A stretch of 64,000 bases of DNA, taken from Malacoraja senta. Taxonomy: Eukaryota. The position numbers and the translations under genes were made by a program. Under the pieces are notes generated by a model. That model was not told the DNA's origin. It searched no databases and worked only from the letters and a program-made list of their open reading frames with translations. Positions 63,375-64,000 of this stretch are shown here, in pieces. The stretch spans positions 3,040,001 to 3,104,000 of the forward strand of contig CM075997.1 of the NCBI GenBank assembly GCA_038087875.1, in the 5' to 3' direction. Each line of letters opens with the position of its first letter. The first letter of the stretch is position 1.

Positions 63375-64000
63375 GAAGGTAGACATAAATGCTGGAGAAA
63401 CTCAGCGGGTGAGGCAGCATCTGTGGAGCAAAGGAAATAGGCAACGTTTCGGGCCAAAACCCTTCTTCAGACCATAAATGGGAAGTTGGGAAAGGTTGTT
63501 TATGAGTGGAGGGAAATGTACCATGGAATTCCCCAGGGTCAGAAGTAAGACCACTGCTTTTTTCACTCTACTTCAATGATGTGGTCTTGAGTGCAAAGTT
63601 CCCTAATTTGCGGATGACACATAATCTGGAGGCATTGTGAATTGTGAGGATACTTCAAGGGGATGTGACGAGGCTGGTGAAATGGTCAGACAGGTCGCAC
63701 CTGAAATTTAATGCTGCAAAATGTGAAGTGTTACATTTTGGTCAGATGAGATGAAGCAATATAACTTGGAGGGCTCAAGGACAGAGAGATCTAGGGTTAG
63801 AAACATAATGCTGGAGTAACTCAGCGGGATAGGCAGCATCTCTGGGTGGAAGGAATAGGTGACGTTTCGGGTCGAGGCCCTTCTTCAGAGGCCAACTTGA
63901 CCCGAAACGTCACCCATTCCTTCTATCCAGAGATGCTGCCTGTCCCGCTGAGTTACTCCAGCATTTTGTGTCTGTTTTCAGTTTAAACCAGCATCGGCGG
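63375..64000 (+). repeat. Second copy of the composite segment at 7568-8167 (runs off the window end)
   Basis: Collinear match including TE junctions. Confidence 0.9.

Noticed and set aside
1..64000. Recurrent short palindromic repeats as a CRISPR array or bacterial REP system
   Set aside because: They are dispersed, variable in length, lack regular spacers and cas genes, and lie in a spliceosomal-intron vertebrate context.

Overview
This is eukaryotic (vertebrate) DNA, most likely a cartilaginous fish such as a skate or ray. That assignment is inferred from abundant CR1 LINEs, tRNA-headed HE1-like SINEs and Penelope-type repeats. The window lies inside one minus-strand gene, an MTA-family NuRD subunit best matching MTA1. 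I traced 15 consecutive GT-AG coding exons from 55653 down to 2883 (1672 nt, about 557 codons in one open frame), covering the BAH, ELM2, SANT, GATA-type zinc finger and C-terminal regions. The first two exons and the last exons lie outside the window. The introns are packed with transposable elements: two degenerate Tc1 elements, five Harbinger-like MITEs, a 7-bp-TSD TIR element, CR1/L2/RTE/Rex1/L1-type LINE pieces, a Gypsy remnant and SINEs. The most notable signal is dozens of short Penelope-derived units carrying a minimal hammerhead-ribozyme motif (CUGANGA-stem-GAAACGUH). Many are head-to-head hairpins with their own target-site duplications, and a ~600-bp intron segment appears to have been copied ~56 kb away starting exactly at one such unit. 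All family assignments come from recalled motifs, not database searches, and repeat boundaries marked approximate are by eye.
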